Notes under the pieces: model-generated
What the model was told of the DNA's origin: nothing
Databases searched by the model: none
The model's input: only the letters and a program-made list of their open reading frames with translations
Translations under genes and position numbers: made by a program
NCBI GenBank assembly: GCA_031431875.1
Contig: JANPEF010000028.1
Coordinates: forward strand, 8,793 to 72,792
Source of the DNA: Candidatus Eiseniibacteriota bacterium
GTDB taxonomy: Bacteria; Eisenbacteria; RBG-16-71-46; DASYSL01
Direction of reading: 5' to 3'
Length of the DNA stretch: 64,000 nucleotides
Part shown: one piece after another, positions 1 to 13,182 of the stretch
Numbering within the stretch: the first letter of the stretch is position 1
How the letters are laid out: each line of letters begins with the position of its first letter

Positions 1-2
1 GC

Positions 3-731
3 GCTGGAGCGCGGGCCGTTGCCCGCGCGCAGTCGAGGCTCGGGGCCGACGGCGGATGGATGCCACCGGACGACGTCGAGGCGTTGCTCGTCGCCTACGG
101 CCTGCGCACGCCGCCGTCGCAGGTGGCCACGGACGTGGCGGGTGCGGTCGCGGCGGCGCGCGCGATCGGCTACCCGGTGGCGCTCAAGCTGGTGAGCGAG
201 ACGCTGACGCACAAGTCGGATGTGGGAGGCGTGCGGCTCGGCCTCGCAGACGATGCGGCCGTCGCCGACGGGTGGGCGCGCCTGGTCGCCGCACTCGCGG
301 TCCATGGAGAGGTGGCGGCGATGCGCGGCGGGCTCGTCCAGCCGATGGTGACCGGGACGTTCGAGGCGGTGATCGGCATGACGCTCGACCCGCAGTTCGG
401 GCCGCTGCTCATGGCAGGACTGGGCGGGAAGTGGGTCGAGCTGCATCACGACGTCGCGTTCCGGCTCCATCCCCTGACCCTCGAGGACGCAACCGAAATG
501 GTCGACGCGCTCCGTGCGCGCGTGCTGTTCGCGGGCTACCGCGGAGCGCCGGCGGGTGATCGCGCCGCGTTCGAGGATGCGCTGCTGCGCGTGTCGCGAC
601 TGGTCGGGGATCGGCCGGAGATCGTCGAGCTCGACCTCAACCCGGTCGTCGTCGGCGAACCGGGATGCGGCGTCACCGCCGTCGACGCGCGGGTCAGGGT
701 GTCGGGCGCGGAACCAGCTCCCCGCGGGTAA
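3..731 (+). CDS. Acyl-CoA synthetase (NDP-forming) C-terminal ATP-grasp domain, 5' partial
   Basis: IGYPVALK...HKSDVGGVRL, DPQFGPLLMAGLGG and ELDLNPV motifs; frame is open to the window edge. Confidence 0.85.
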   Translation, partial: AGARAVARAQSRLGADGGWMPPDDVEALLVAYGLRTPPSQVATDVAGAVAAARAIGYPVALKLVSETLTHKSDVGGVRLGLADDAAVADGWARLVAALAVHGEVAAMRGGLVQPMVTGTFEAVIGMTLDPQFGPLLMAGLGGKWVELHHDVAFRLHPLTLEDATEMVDALRARVLFAGYRGAPAGDRAAFEDALLRVSRLVGDRPEIVELDLNPVVVGEPGCGVTAVDARVRVSGAEPAPRG

Positions 732-1356
732 ACGTGCCGCCGCGGAACTGCGCGACCTCGTTGCCGAAGCCCGACAGGTTTGCCAGCACGACCATCATGG
801 ACTTCGGCAGCCGCGCGATCGAGCCCGGCCCGGGCTTGCCGGCGCGCTTCGCCTCACCCGACAGCCAGCCCTCGACTTCCTCGATGTCCTCGGCGCTGAG
901 GGGCTTCACCTCGACCCGCGCGATCACGTAGTGCCGCGCGACCGGTTCCATCGTGGTGGCGGGCACCAGGCGCACGCGCATGGGACGCGCGAGCTGGTAA
1001 TCGACCTCCTCGAGGTCGGGGACGGTGATCCGCGGCCCGACATCGCGCTGCATCTGGTACTCGTCGGACCACGCGTCGCGGGCGATCCGGATCTCGGTCT
1101 GCTGGAGATGCACGCGCTGGTCGAACCAGCCCGGGCGCACGCGCCACAGCTCGACCGAGAGCTGCACGGTCGCCGGCATGCCGCGCTCGAGCGAGCTGCG
1201 CACGCGGGGCGACAGCGCCGCGGCCGTGCGCAGGGCGACGGTCACGTCCTGCTCGAGGAGCAGGACGCGGGCATCGCGGATCTCGACCGCCCGAGCCAGC
1301 GTCGGCACGACGCTGCATACTGCGATCATGAGGATGAGAACCAGCGGGCGGGACAC
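694..1356 (-). CDS. DUF4390-like exported protein
   Basis: 3' part of ORF 694..2562; signal peptide VSRPLVLILMIAVCSVVPTLARA; LERGMP..VELWRVRPGWFD pattern; sits in an NtrY/NtrX-like operon; start could be 1362. Confidence 0.65.
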   Translation of the reverse strand: MSRPLVLILMIAVCSVVPTLARAVEIRDARVLLLEQDVTVALRTAAALSPRVRSSLERGMPATVQLSVELWRVRPGWFDQRVHLQQTEIRIARDAWSDEYQMQRDVGPRITVPDLEEVDYQLARPMRVRLVPATTMEPVARHYVIARVEVKPLSAEDIEEVEGWLSGEAKRAGKPGPGSIARLPKSMMVVLANLSGFGNEVAQFRGGTFTRGELVPRPTP

Positions 1357-1370
1357 GTGCACGCGCCGGC

Positions 1371-2698
1371 TCAGTAGGTCTGCGCCACGCGAACGGTCCA
1401 GTGCACGGCCGCGTTGTCGCTGCGCAAGTCCTTGCCCGCGTACACGCGGAGGCGCTCGTCGGTCGTGCCGGCCCCCAGACCCACGTTCCAGGCGGGCCGC
1501 TGCTGCGCGAGGTCCCAGTGTGCGGCATGCCAGGCGATGCCCAGGTCCGAGAACGCGACCAGGGACAGGCCGGTCTTCACGGCGACGTTCTTGCTGGAGC
1601 GACGCAGCACCTCCCACGCCCAGTCGGCGTTCCACAGGAACAGGTGTTCGCCGCGGAGCTGCCGGAACGGGGTGGCGCGCAGCGTCCCCACGCCCCCGAT
1701 GGCGAACGAGCGCTGCAGTGGCAGCAGGTCCTCGTTGCCCGAGGTCCCCAGCATCAGGCGCGTCTTCAGGCGATGCGACGGCGACGGCGAGACGTAGGCG
1801 CGAAAGTCGCCCATCCAGCGGTGGAACGTGAAGTCGCCGTCGAACGAGCCACCCGCGGCCTCCATCTCCACGCGATGCCACATCCCGCTGCGCGGCACGT
1901 CCTTGCTCGAGCGCGAATCGTAGCCCGCACCCAGCGTGACCGACTGGACGCGTCCGTCGTCGATCGCGGGGTTCTCGCGCATCGGCTCGTGCTGGCGAAA
2001 CGCAGGGGAGATGCCGTCGGCCAGGCGCGTGATCGACGTGTAATCGTCCGCTTTCCAGTACGCGCTCGCGGACCAGCGCAGGCCCAGGTCGGCGTCGATC
2101 CCGGCCGAGAAGCCCGAGCGCTCGAACCAGTCCCGGTAATCCCAGCGGAGAGCCCAGGTGGCGACGGCGTTCTCGACCGCGCCGATCTGGCCGAATCCGT
2201 CGTCGTCGGTCCTCCGGTAGAGGGCAAGCCCCAGCCGCACGGCGCGCGATTCGACGAGCGGCTGGTCGAGGCTCATGGAGTAGAGCATGCGCCCGTCCCC
2301 GCTGTCGGTCTGGCGCTGGAAGGCGCGGGCGACGCGGATCTTCATGCCGGGCCGCATGCCGATCGTCGGCGCGTAGAGCATGTCGAGGCCCAGCGTCCAC
2401 TGGTCGACGCGGTTGTAGTCGACGTACGGGCGCAGCTGTCCGCCCTTTTCCTTCGGCGCGGCGTCCTCCTCGACGGGCAGGTCGGCGAACGGATCGTCGT
2501 CGCCGAAGTCGGTCGCGGCGGCGCCGGCTCCGGCCGCGGTGGCGCCACCGATCTCGACCCAACCCGTGTCGGCATCGGCGCTGCCCTCGCCGGCGGTGTC
2601 CTGCGCCGATGCCGGGAGCGCGACGAGCAGCAACGCGACGGCGGTCGCGCCGGCCACTCCGAGCCCGTGTCGCCTCGAACCTCTCCGCGTCCTCTGGT

Positions 2699-2702
<4 letters not shown>
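1371..2702 (-). CDS. Omp85/BamA-TamA family outer-membrane beta-barrel protein with no evident POTRA domains
   Basis: GTG overlaps the upstream stop; signal peptide ending PASA; YNRVD, FAIGGVGTLRA and FSDLGIAW motifs; C-terminal beta-signal VRVAQTY. Confidence 0.7.
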
Positions 2703-4146
<1,444 letters not shown>

Positions 4147-4150
<4 letters not shown>

Positions 4151-5700
4151 GCCGAAGCCTCCGCCAGTGCGGGAAGAACGACCGTGACGCGCGTGCCGCG
4201 CCCGGGCGCCGTTTCGATGTCGAGCGAGCCGCCATGTTGTTCGACCACCCGGCGGCTGACCGTGAGGCCCACGCCCGAGCCGCGACCCTTGGTCGAGAAC
4301 CCGGGCTCGAAGACGCGGGCGACGGTGGCCGGATCCATGCCCGGTCCTTCGTCGGCGACCTCGACCACGACCGTCTCGGGCGACCTTCCGCCGTGCGTCG
4401 CGATGGTGACACGTCCGCCGCCCGGCTGCGCCTCGCACGCGTTCTTCACCAGGTTGCGCAGCACGCGACGCAGCTGGCGCTCGTCGCCGCGGGCCATCGG
4501 CCGGGCCGGATCGAGCGCGACGGCGAGCTCGACGTGCGGCCACGGCTGCAGCGCGACGAGACTCTCGACCAGCGCGTTCAGGTCGACCCGACCGGGCCGG
4601 ATCTCGGGCAGCGAACCGAGGGCGTAGAACGAATCGGCGAGGTCGACCAGCGCATCGAACTCGCGGCGCAGCGCATCGACGCTCCTCTGCCCGCGCGCCC
4701 GCCCGGTCGGCTCGAGCGCCGCGAACTCGCGCCGCAGGTTCTCGAGCGCCAGGGTGATCGTGGTCAGCGGGTTGCGGATCTCGTGCGCGACCTGGCGGGC
4801 AACGCCCTGCCACGCCGCGGCCCGTTCGGCCGCGGCCAGCTCGGCGCGCGCGCGCGTCAGGCGCAGGGTCATGGCGTTGAACGACTCGGCGAGGCTCTTG
4901 ATCTCGGGGGCGCCGGTCGGCTCCACGTGCACCGGCACGTCGCCGTCGACGCGGGCGAGACTCGCGGACAGCGTCGCGATCGGCTGCGTCAGGTGGCGCG
5001 CGATGGCTCGCCCGGCGAGCACGGCGACGGCCGCGACGAGGAGCAGCACCGCGATCACGACGACGCGGAAGTACCACTTGTAGACCTCGGCGTAGACCGA
5101 GAGCCGGCGGAAGATGCCCATGCCCAGCTGGATGGCGGAGAGCTGCAGGAAGAAGTCCTCGGGCAGCGCATAGCCGACGGCCACGATCTCGGGCCCCGTG
5201 CGCAGCGAGTCCTGGGCGATCGAGTCGAGCAGCGCGAACGCGCCGGTGACCGATTGCGCCGGTTTCCGCCACGAGACGCGGCCGTCGTTGATCTCCGCGG
5301 AGAGGTCGTAGGCGCCGACGCTGGTGATACCGGTGGGGGCGAGATCGACGACGCGGTGCCAGCCGGAACTGTCGGGCCGATAGACCTGGTAGAGGTCGAG
5401 CCCGGCGTCCTTGAGGAAGCGCTCGACGAAGATGCGATCGGGCCGCTCCGGGGCGAGCTCGAGCGGGCGCTGGCGGGAGATGTCGAAGAGCGGCCCGGCG
5501 GAGAGACGGAGTCCCGACTCGAGGCGCTTGAGCGACGCCTTCGCCACCGCGACCGAGCTGGTGAGCGCGTCCTCGGCGCCAGCGCTGTCCCACCACTCGA
5601 CGGTGGAGACGAGCTGGCGCAGCACGAACAGCGACAGGAACAGACTCGGGACCAGCGCGAGGATCAGGAACCACAGCGTGAGCCGGGCGCGAAGGCTCAA
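4147..5700 (-). CDS. Sensor histidine kinase with HAMP domain (NtrY-like)
   Basis: Two TM segments, HAMP, AWQGVARQVAHEIRNPLT H-box, N/G1/F/G2 boxes. Confidence 0.9.
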
Positions 5701-5713
5701 GTGGGTTCCGCGG

Positions 5714-6820
5714 TCAGGCCTTCGCGCCCAGCTGCCCGCAGGCCGCGAAGATGTCGCCGCCCTGGCTCCAGCGCAGCGTCACCGCCGGGCAGCGCGGGAA
5801 CAGCCAGTCGGCGAAGCGCTGGATGGCCTCGTTGCTCGGACGCTCCCACTGGAGCTGGGGCACCGGGTTGTAGGGGATCAGGTTCACCTTGCACGGCAGC
5901 GAGTTCGCGATCTCGGCCAGGCGCTCGGCGTCACCCTTGTGGTCGTTGACGCCGGCGAGAAGGATGTACTCGAGCGTGATGCGCCGTCCGGTGGTGTTGG
6001 CGTAGTACTCGGCCGCGCGCAGCAGCTCGCGCAACGGATAGCGCTGGTTGATCGGCACGAGGCGATCGCGCAACGCGTCGGTCGTCGCGTGCAGCGAGAG
6101 GGCGAGCCCGATCTGCATGCCTTCCCGGGCGAGCTTGTGCATCTGCGGCACCAGGCCGCAGGTCGAGATCGTGACCCGACGCGAACCGACGTTCAGTCCG
6201 GATTCGGCGTTGAGGATGCGGATCGCCTTCACCGTCGGCGCGTAGTTGGCCAGCGGTTCGCCCATGCCCATGAACACGATGTTGAACCCCGGATCGTCCC
6301 AGCCCGTGGTCTCGAGCATGTGGACGACCTGGGCGACGATCTCGTCGGCCTTCAGGTTGCGCAGCAGGCCGAGCGTTCCCGTGGCGCAGAAGACGCATGC
6401 CATGCCGCATCCGGCCTGGCTCGAGACGCACAGCGTGACGCCGCGCTTCGACAGCATGGCGACCGACTCGACACGCGTCTTGTCGCGCAGTTCGAGCGCG
6501 TACTTGAAGGAGTCGCCGCGGGGCGAGCCGATCTGCTTGTGGATCCGGGGCAGGGACAGGTCGACGACCGAAGCCAGACTCTCGCGCTGGGATTTCCCGA
6601 GGTTGCTCATGGCGTGGGGATCGCGCACGCGCTTGCGGTAGACCCAGTCGAGAACCTGCTCGGAGCGATAGCCCTGCCAGCCGGCAGCGGTCAGATGGGT
6701 CCGCACCTCCTCGGGGGTGAGCCCGAAGAAGGGGAGGGGGCCCTCGGCCTCCCGGAGGGGGCGGGGCGAGTCGTCGAGTTCCGTCGACGGCAGGGGCACG
6801 AGCGGCGATTGCGGTTCCAT
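5714..6820 (-). CDS. rlmN: 23S rRNA/tRNA adenine C2-methyltransferase RlmN (radical SAM)
   Basis: CVSSQAGCGMACVFCATG, MGMGEP, SLHA, NLIPYN, DIFAACGQL. Confidence 0.95.
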   Translation of the reverse strand: MEPQSPLVPLPSTELDDSPRPLREAEGPLPFFGLTPEEVRTHLTAAGWQGYRSEQVLDWVYRKRVRDPHAMSNLGKSQRESLASVVDLSLPRIHKQIGSPRGDSFKYALELRDKTRVESVAMLSKRGVTLCVSSQAGCGMACVFCATGTLGLLRNLKADEIVAQVVHMLETTGWDDPGFNIVFMGMGEPLANYAPTVKAIRILNAESGLNVGSRRVTISTCGLVPQMHKLAREGMQIGLALSLHATTDALRDRLVPINQRYPLRELLRAAEYYANTTGRRITLEYILLAGVNDHKGDAERLAEIANSLPCKVNLIPYNPVPQLQWERPSNEAIQRFADWLFPRCPAVTLRWSQGGDIFAACGQLGAKA

Positions 6821-6828
6821 TGCTTCCT

Positions 6829-6857
6829 AGACTAAGTTTCCGCCGAGGGCGGGTCAA
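6829..6857 (-). promoter_or_regulatory. Sigma70-type promoter of rlmN (probably leaderless)
   Basis: TTGACC-17nt-TAGTCT, 8 nt before the ATG. Confidence 0.65.
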
Positions 6858-6913
6858 GGAACCCCGTGCCCGATCGTCGTTTCGCGGCCCCTCGAGGGCG
6901 GCGGGGAGGGAGC

Positions 6914-7387
6914 ATGGACGTGGACAATCAGAGCCTGGCTCCTCGCGGACGGGGTGGCCGCCGCAAGGGATCCGGCAAGCGGGCTGAGGCGGACGCTCCG
7001 TGGGAGCTCCGCGCCGTCCAGGCGCTGGCCGACCCTTCTCGATGGTCAATGGTTCGTTTGTTATCGATTCACGAGGACACGATTGGCGAAGTCGCCCGCC
7101 GGGTCGGCCTGTCAAACGCCTGCACCTCTCGACATATGTCGATACTTACCGAATCAGAGATTGTCGAGTCCCGACGTGCGGGACGAACGACCCGGTGCCG
7201 GCTTGCCTCGGCGTCCACCCGGGCAGGTCACTTGCTGCGCGCGCTCGGAATCGAAGTCCTGGACGGATTGACCACCGGCCAGGAGCACCCTGTTCAGGAC
7301 CCATCCGCCGCTGTCCCGGAGTTCGGGACAAGCCTTCCGACAATACGTCGTTATCAATCGAAGGATTTGGATGATTTCCTGCTCTAG
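6914..7387 (+). CDS. ArsR/SmtB-family winged-helix regulator
   Basis: ALADPSRWSMVRLL...TSRHMSILTESEIVESRRAG; GGGAGG RBS before ATG 6914. Confidence 0.8.
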   Translation: MDVDNQSLAPRGRGGRRKGSGKRAEADAPWELRAVQALADPSRWSMVRLLSIHEDTIGEVARRVGLSNACTSRHMSILTESEIVESRRAGRTTRCRLASASTRAGHLLRALGIEVLDGLTTGQEHPVQDPSAAVPEFGTSLPTIRRYQSKDLDDFLL

Positions 7388-7402
7388 CCACGGGAGCCCG
7401 GG

Positions 7403-8386
7403 ATGCCTCTGAACGGGGTTCGCCCACTCCGGGTTGCATCCATCGATATTGGAACAAACTCCATCCGACTCCTGGTCGCCGAGCGGGGGAGCCGCGGGGA
7501 CATTCGCCCCCTGGTGCGCCTCGGGGAATCCTGCCGCCTGGGAGAAGGTCTCGATGCGACCGGCCGGATCGGCGTCCGGGCCGAGGAGCGGACGCGCGAC
7601 ACCCTGGCAAGATTCGCCCATCGGGCCCGGGAGCTCGAGTGCTCGGCGGTGATCGTCGCGGCGACGAACGCCCTGCGCAGCGCCACCAATGGCGCCGAGG
7701 TGACGGGCCGCCTCGAAGCCGCGGCCGGGTATCCCATTCGCATCCTCTCCGGAGAGGAGGAGGCGCGCTTCGTCTACCAGGCCGTGATCGACGGGCTGCG
7801 CTGGGATCCGGCAGCGGGGGAGTACCTGATCGTCGACATCGGGGGCGGCTCGGTCGAGATCGTCCGCGGCGCCGGGCTCGAAGTGCGGCACTGGGCCAGC
7901 CTCGAGCTTGGCTGCGTGCGTCTCACCGAGCGTTTTCTCAAGTCCGATCCCCCGGCTCCGGGGGAACTCGCCGAGTTGCGGGCCTACCTGCGCGGGACCT
8001 GGGTCGAACACGACGTCCTCCTGCGCCCCACGCCGCAGGCTGCCGGGGGCGTGGGTGGCACGATCACCGCTCTGGCGGCGCTCAACCTGGGGCTCCGTCG
8101 CTATGACGCGTCGCGGGTCGAGGGGCACCTGCTCCCGACCGGCGACGTCCGCCGGCTCACCGAGTCGCTCTGCGGCCTGACCACCTCCGAGCGCCAGGCG
8201 CTGGCCACGGTCGGTCCTGGGCGCGCCGATATCCTGCCCGCGGGCTGCGTTCTCCTGGTCAGTCTTCTCGAGGCGGCCGGGCTGGCCTCGATCACGGCAT
8301 CGACCCAGGGCCTGCGGTACGCCCTGGCCCGCCTCGCGCTCCGCCAGGCGGAGTCGACGGGGGCCACCGGAGATTCATTGCTTTGA
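7403..8386 (+). CDS. ppx: Ppx/GppA family phosphatase
   Basis: IDIGTNSIRLLV, ILSGEEEA, DIGGGSVE, GRADIL. Confidence 0.9.
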   Translation: MPLNGVRPLRVASIDIGTNSIRLLVAERGSRGDIRPLVRLGESCRLGEGLDATGRIGVRAEERTRDTLARFAHRARELECSAVIVAATNALRSATNGAEVTGRLEAAAGYPIRILSGEEEARFVYQAVIDGLRWDPAAGEYLIVDIGGGSVEIVRGAGLEVRHWASLELGCVRLTERFLKSDPPAPGELAELRAYLRGTWVEHDVLLRPTPQAAGGVGGTITALAALNLGLRRYDASRVEGHLLPTGDVRRLTESLCGLTTSERQALATVGPGRADILPAGCVLLVSLLEAAGLASITASTQGLRYALARLALRQAESTGATGDSLL

Positions 8387-8400
8387 CACCTGTAAATAAG

Positions 8401-8429
8401 TTGACCGGGGCGGATCGGGGGCGTAGCGT
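8401..8429 (+). promoter_or_regulatory. Sigma70-type promoter upstream of the small secreted-protein gene
   Basis: TTGACC-17nt-TAGCGT preceded by an AT-rich tract (TGTAAATAAG). Confidence 0.6.
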
Positions 8430-8549
8430 TTTGCACGCGCTGGACCAAGGTCCCCTGCCTCAGGCAACTCCTTGTGTCGCCTGATTTCGGCCCACGCGCG
8501 CCGGAACCAGTTCCAGAGAGGTCTCGCGTAGAGGGAGTACTCAGCGCAC

Positions 8550-8867
8550 ATGGCCGCCAAGGCAACTCGCACATACATCCTGGTCCTTCTTCTCGTGCTC
8601 GGCGTCGTTGCGACGACGGCGACTGTCGGTGTATCGACGGTCTTCGCGTCGGCCGGGGCGGGTGGCGCGACAAACGGAGATCCGGATCGACCCAACGATT
8701 CGACGAAGCCCTCGGTTCAGCAGTCGGTGCCGGGTTCAACGATCATGCCGAGCAGCACCGGCATCGTGGGCGGCCCGGTTGCATCCGCCGGCGTCGAACG
8801 TGCAGAGAAGGGTTGGACCTGGGCGAAGTGGTACGTCGCTACCTTGCTCGGGCGGTTCGGTCGCTAA
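8550..8867 (+). CDS. Small secreted protein / candidate signalling pro-peptide (105 aa)
   Basis: GAGGGAG RBS; basic N-terminus and hydrophobic signal ending VFA; GATNGDPDRP core; low-complexity linker; C-terminal WTWAKWYVATLLGRFGR. Confidence 0.7.
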   Translation: MAAKATRTYILVLLLVLGVVATTATVGVSTVFASAGAGGATNGDPDRPNDSTKPSVQQSVPGSTIMPSSTGIVGGPVASAGVERAEKGWTWAKWYVATLLGRFGR

Positions 8868-8969
8868 TTCTTGATCGTGCGGGGCGACGCCGGCTCAGGC
8901 CGGCGTTCCCCGCTCGTGACCGACCGAGCCGGCGTTCAGTCTGTCCCCGGTAAGGCTGAGGAGCGAGCT

Positions 8970-12059
<3,090 letters not shown>

Positions 12060-12092
12060 CGCGCCCCTTCGTTCCACATTGCGATCGCACAC

Positions 12093-12121
12093 GGCTTGAG
12101 ACTTTGCTCTCAAGCCTTTTT
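12093..12121 (+). terminator. Inverted repeat plus T-run after the activator gene (intrinsic terminator and/or activator binding site)
   Basis: GGCTTGAGA-ctttgc-TCTCAAGCC-TTTTT. Confidence 0.6.
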
Positions 12122-12314
12122 AGTGTTTGGATCCTGTTGTGGGACAAGAACTTGCGATGAGCCCGCCCTCCCTGGCTATGAAGTCTCCTTCCAGCGGATC
12201 GCTTCCCGACGGAAACGGCGGCTCTCCTCGCGATCCGGTCAAGAACCTGTAAACCATTGCCGGTCATGTGGTTGTCGGAGTGGAACCATGTGCGCGCGCA
12301 GTGTCACCTCCGGG

Positions 12315-12330
12315 TGGCACGGGCAATGCA
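12315..12330 (+). promoter_or_regulatory. Sigma54 (-24/-12) promoter 1
   Basis: TGGCACGGGCAATGCA: GG-N10-GC spacing, intergenic, 255 nt after a GAFTGA activator. Confidence 0.85.
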
Positions 12331-12340
12331 CTACATCCCG

Positions 12341-12910
12341 CGGCGGAGGGGGGGACCTCCAGAGAGAAACAAGGCAGAGCATCAGGGCACGGACGCAACA
12401 CAGCAGAGACATTCCGGGGCTGCCCGTCTCGCGCAACCAGCCAGCGCATCTTTCGGTCGAGACGGCTCCCCCCGGGATGGTCCGGCAGGAACAGGCAGCA
12501 GCAGGGATGTTGCAGACGGACAACGAAGACGAAGCACCTGGGTTTCTGGGCTTGTCGGGGTTTGCTGGAGAGTGGTCGAGGGTATGAACCCGGTCGAAAG
12601 CGACGATCGAGTCACTCTTCGAGCACCCGACTAGCCCGGAGTTTGCAGCACCAAGGATTGAACCCCGCGACAGCCGCGGAGGCTTCTCGCGAAAAGGCAC
12701 CAGGGACAAGCTCCTGCGGGACGCAGGGAGCTCCCCGAGAGGAGTCGCGGGGTTTCGAAAACGGGCGCAGGTCCGGTTCGGCACTGGCCAGCACTGGGGG
12801 ATGTACAGGTCGTTGCCGTTCATGAAACCGGCGCCCGCTCTGTAAGAAGCAAAAGGAACAGTGAGACGGCCGGGGGAGCCCGCTTCGAGGGGCTCCCCCG
12901 GTCTTTGTCT
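12341..12910 (+). ncRNA. Candidate sigma54-dependent large structured non-coding RNA (~570 nt)
   Basis: Bounded by a -24/-12 promoter and a terminator; four nested stem domains separated by A/G-rich linkers; no credible long ORF. Confidence 0.65.
12868..12910 (+). terminator. Intrinsic terminator of the candidate ncRNA
   Basis: GGCCGGGGGAGCCC-gcttcgag-GGGCTCCCCCGGTC-TTTGTCT (14-bp stem with one G-U). Confidence 0.8.
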
Positions 12911-13115
12911 GTGGCATCCCGGCCGCACGCCCGACGCTGTTGCGGCACCGGTGCCCCGGCTGGCAGCCTCCGACGGTGCGGCAGGTGGGACCCGGCAGCA
13001 CGACGATCGAGCCGACTCGGCCCCGCCTTTCAGCCACGCGAACCTCCATGACCTCATGCACTTCGCCGGTTCTCCCTGCTTCAACTCCCGGGCCTTGGCC
13101 GCTCCGCGGCCGACA

Positions 13116-13131
13116 TGGCACGCCGATTGCG
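13116..13131 (+). promoter_or_regulatory. Sigma54 (-24/-12) promoter 2
   Basis: TGGCACGCCGATTGCG matches TGGCACG-N4-TTGC; ends ~50 nt before ATG 13183. Confidence 0.85.
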
Positions 13132-13182
13132 TAGGCAGACGGGAGGCGCAAGGCGCGCCACGCACCGGCCCTGGGGGATTCC

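Noticed and set aside
12341..12910. Identity of the structured RNA as tmRNA, RNase P RNA, SRP RNA or a group I/II intron
   Set aside because: No tRNA-like ends, no GAGGAAAGTCC, no SRP GGAA-loop motif and no recognisable intron domain V or flanking exons.
12912..12927. Third -24/-12-like word TGGCATCCCGGCCGCA, and a similar word inside ppx near 8056
   Set aside because: GG-N10-GC spacing is right but the TTGC/TGC context is missing and there is no suitable downstream gene start.
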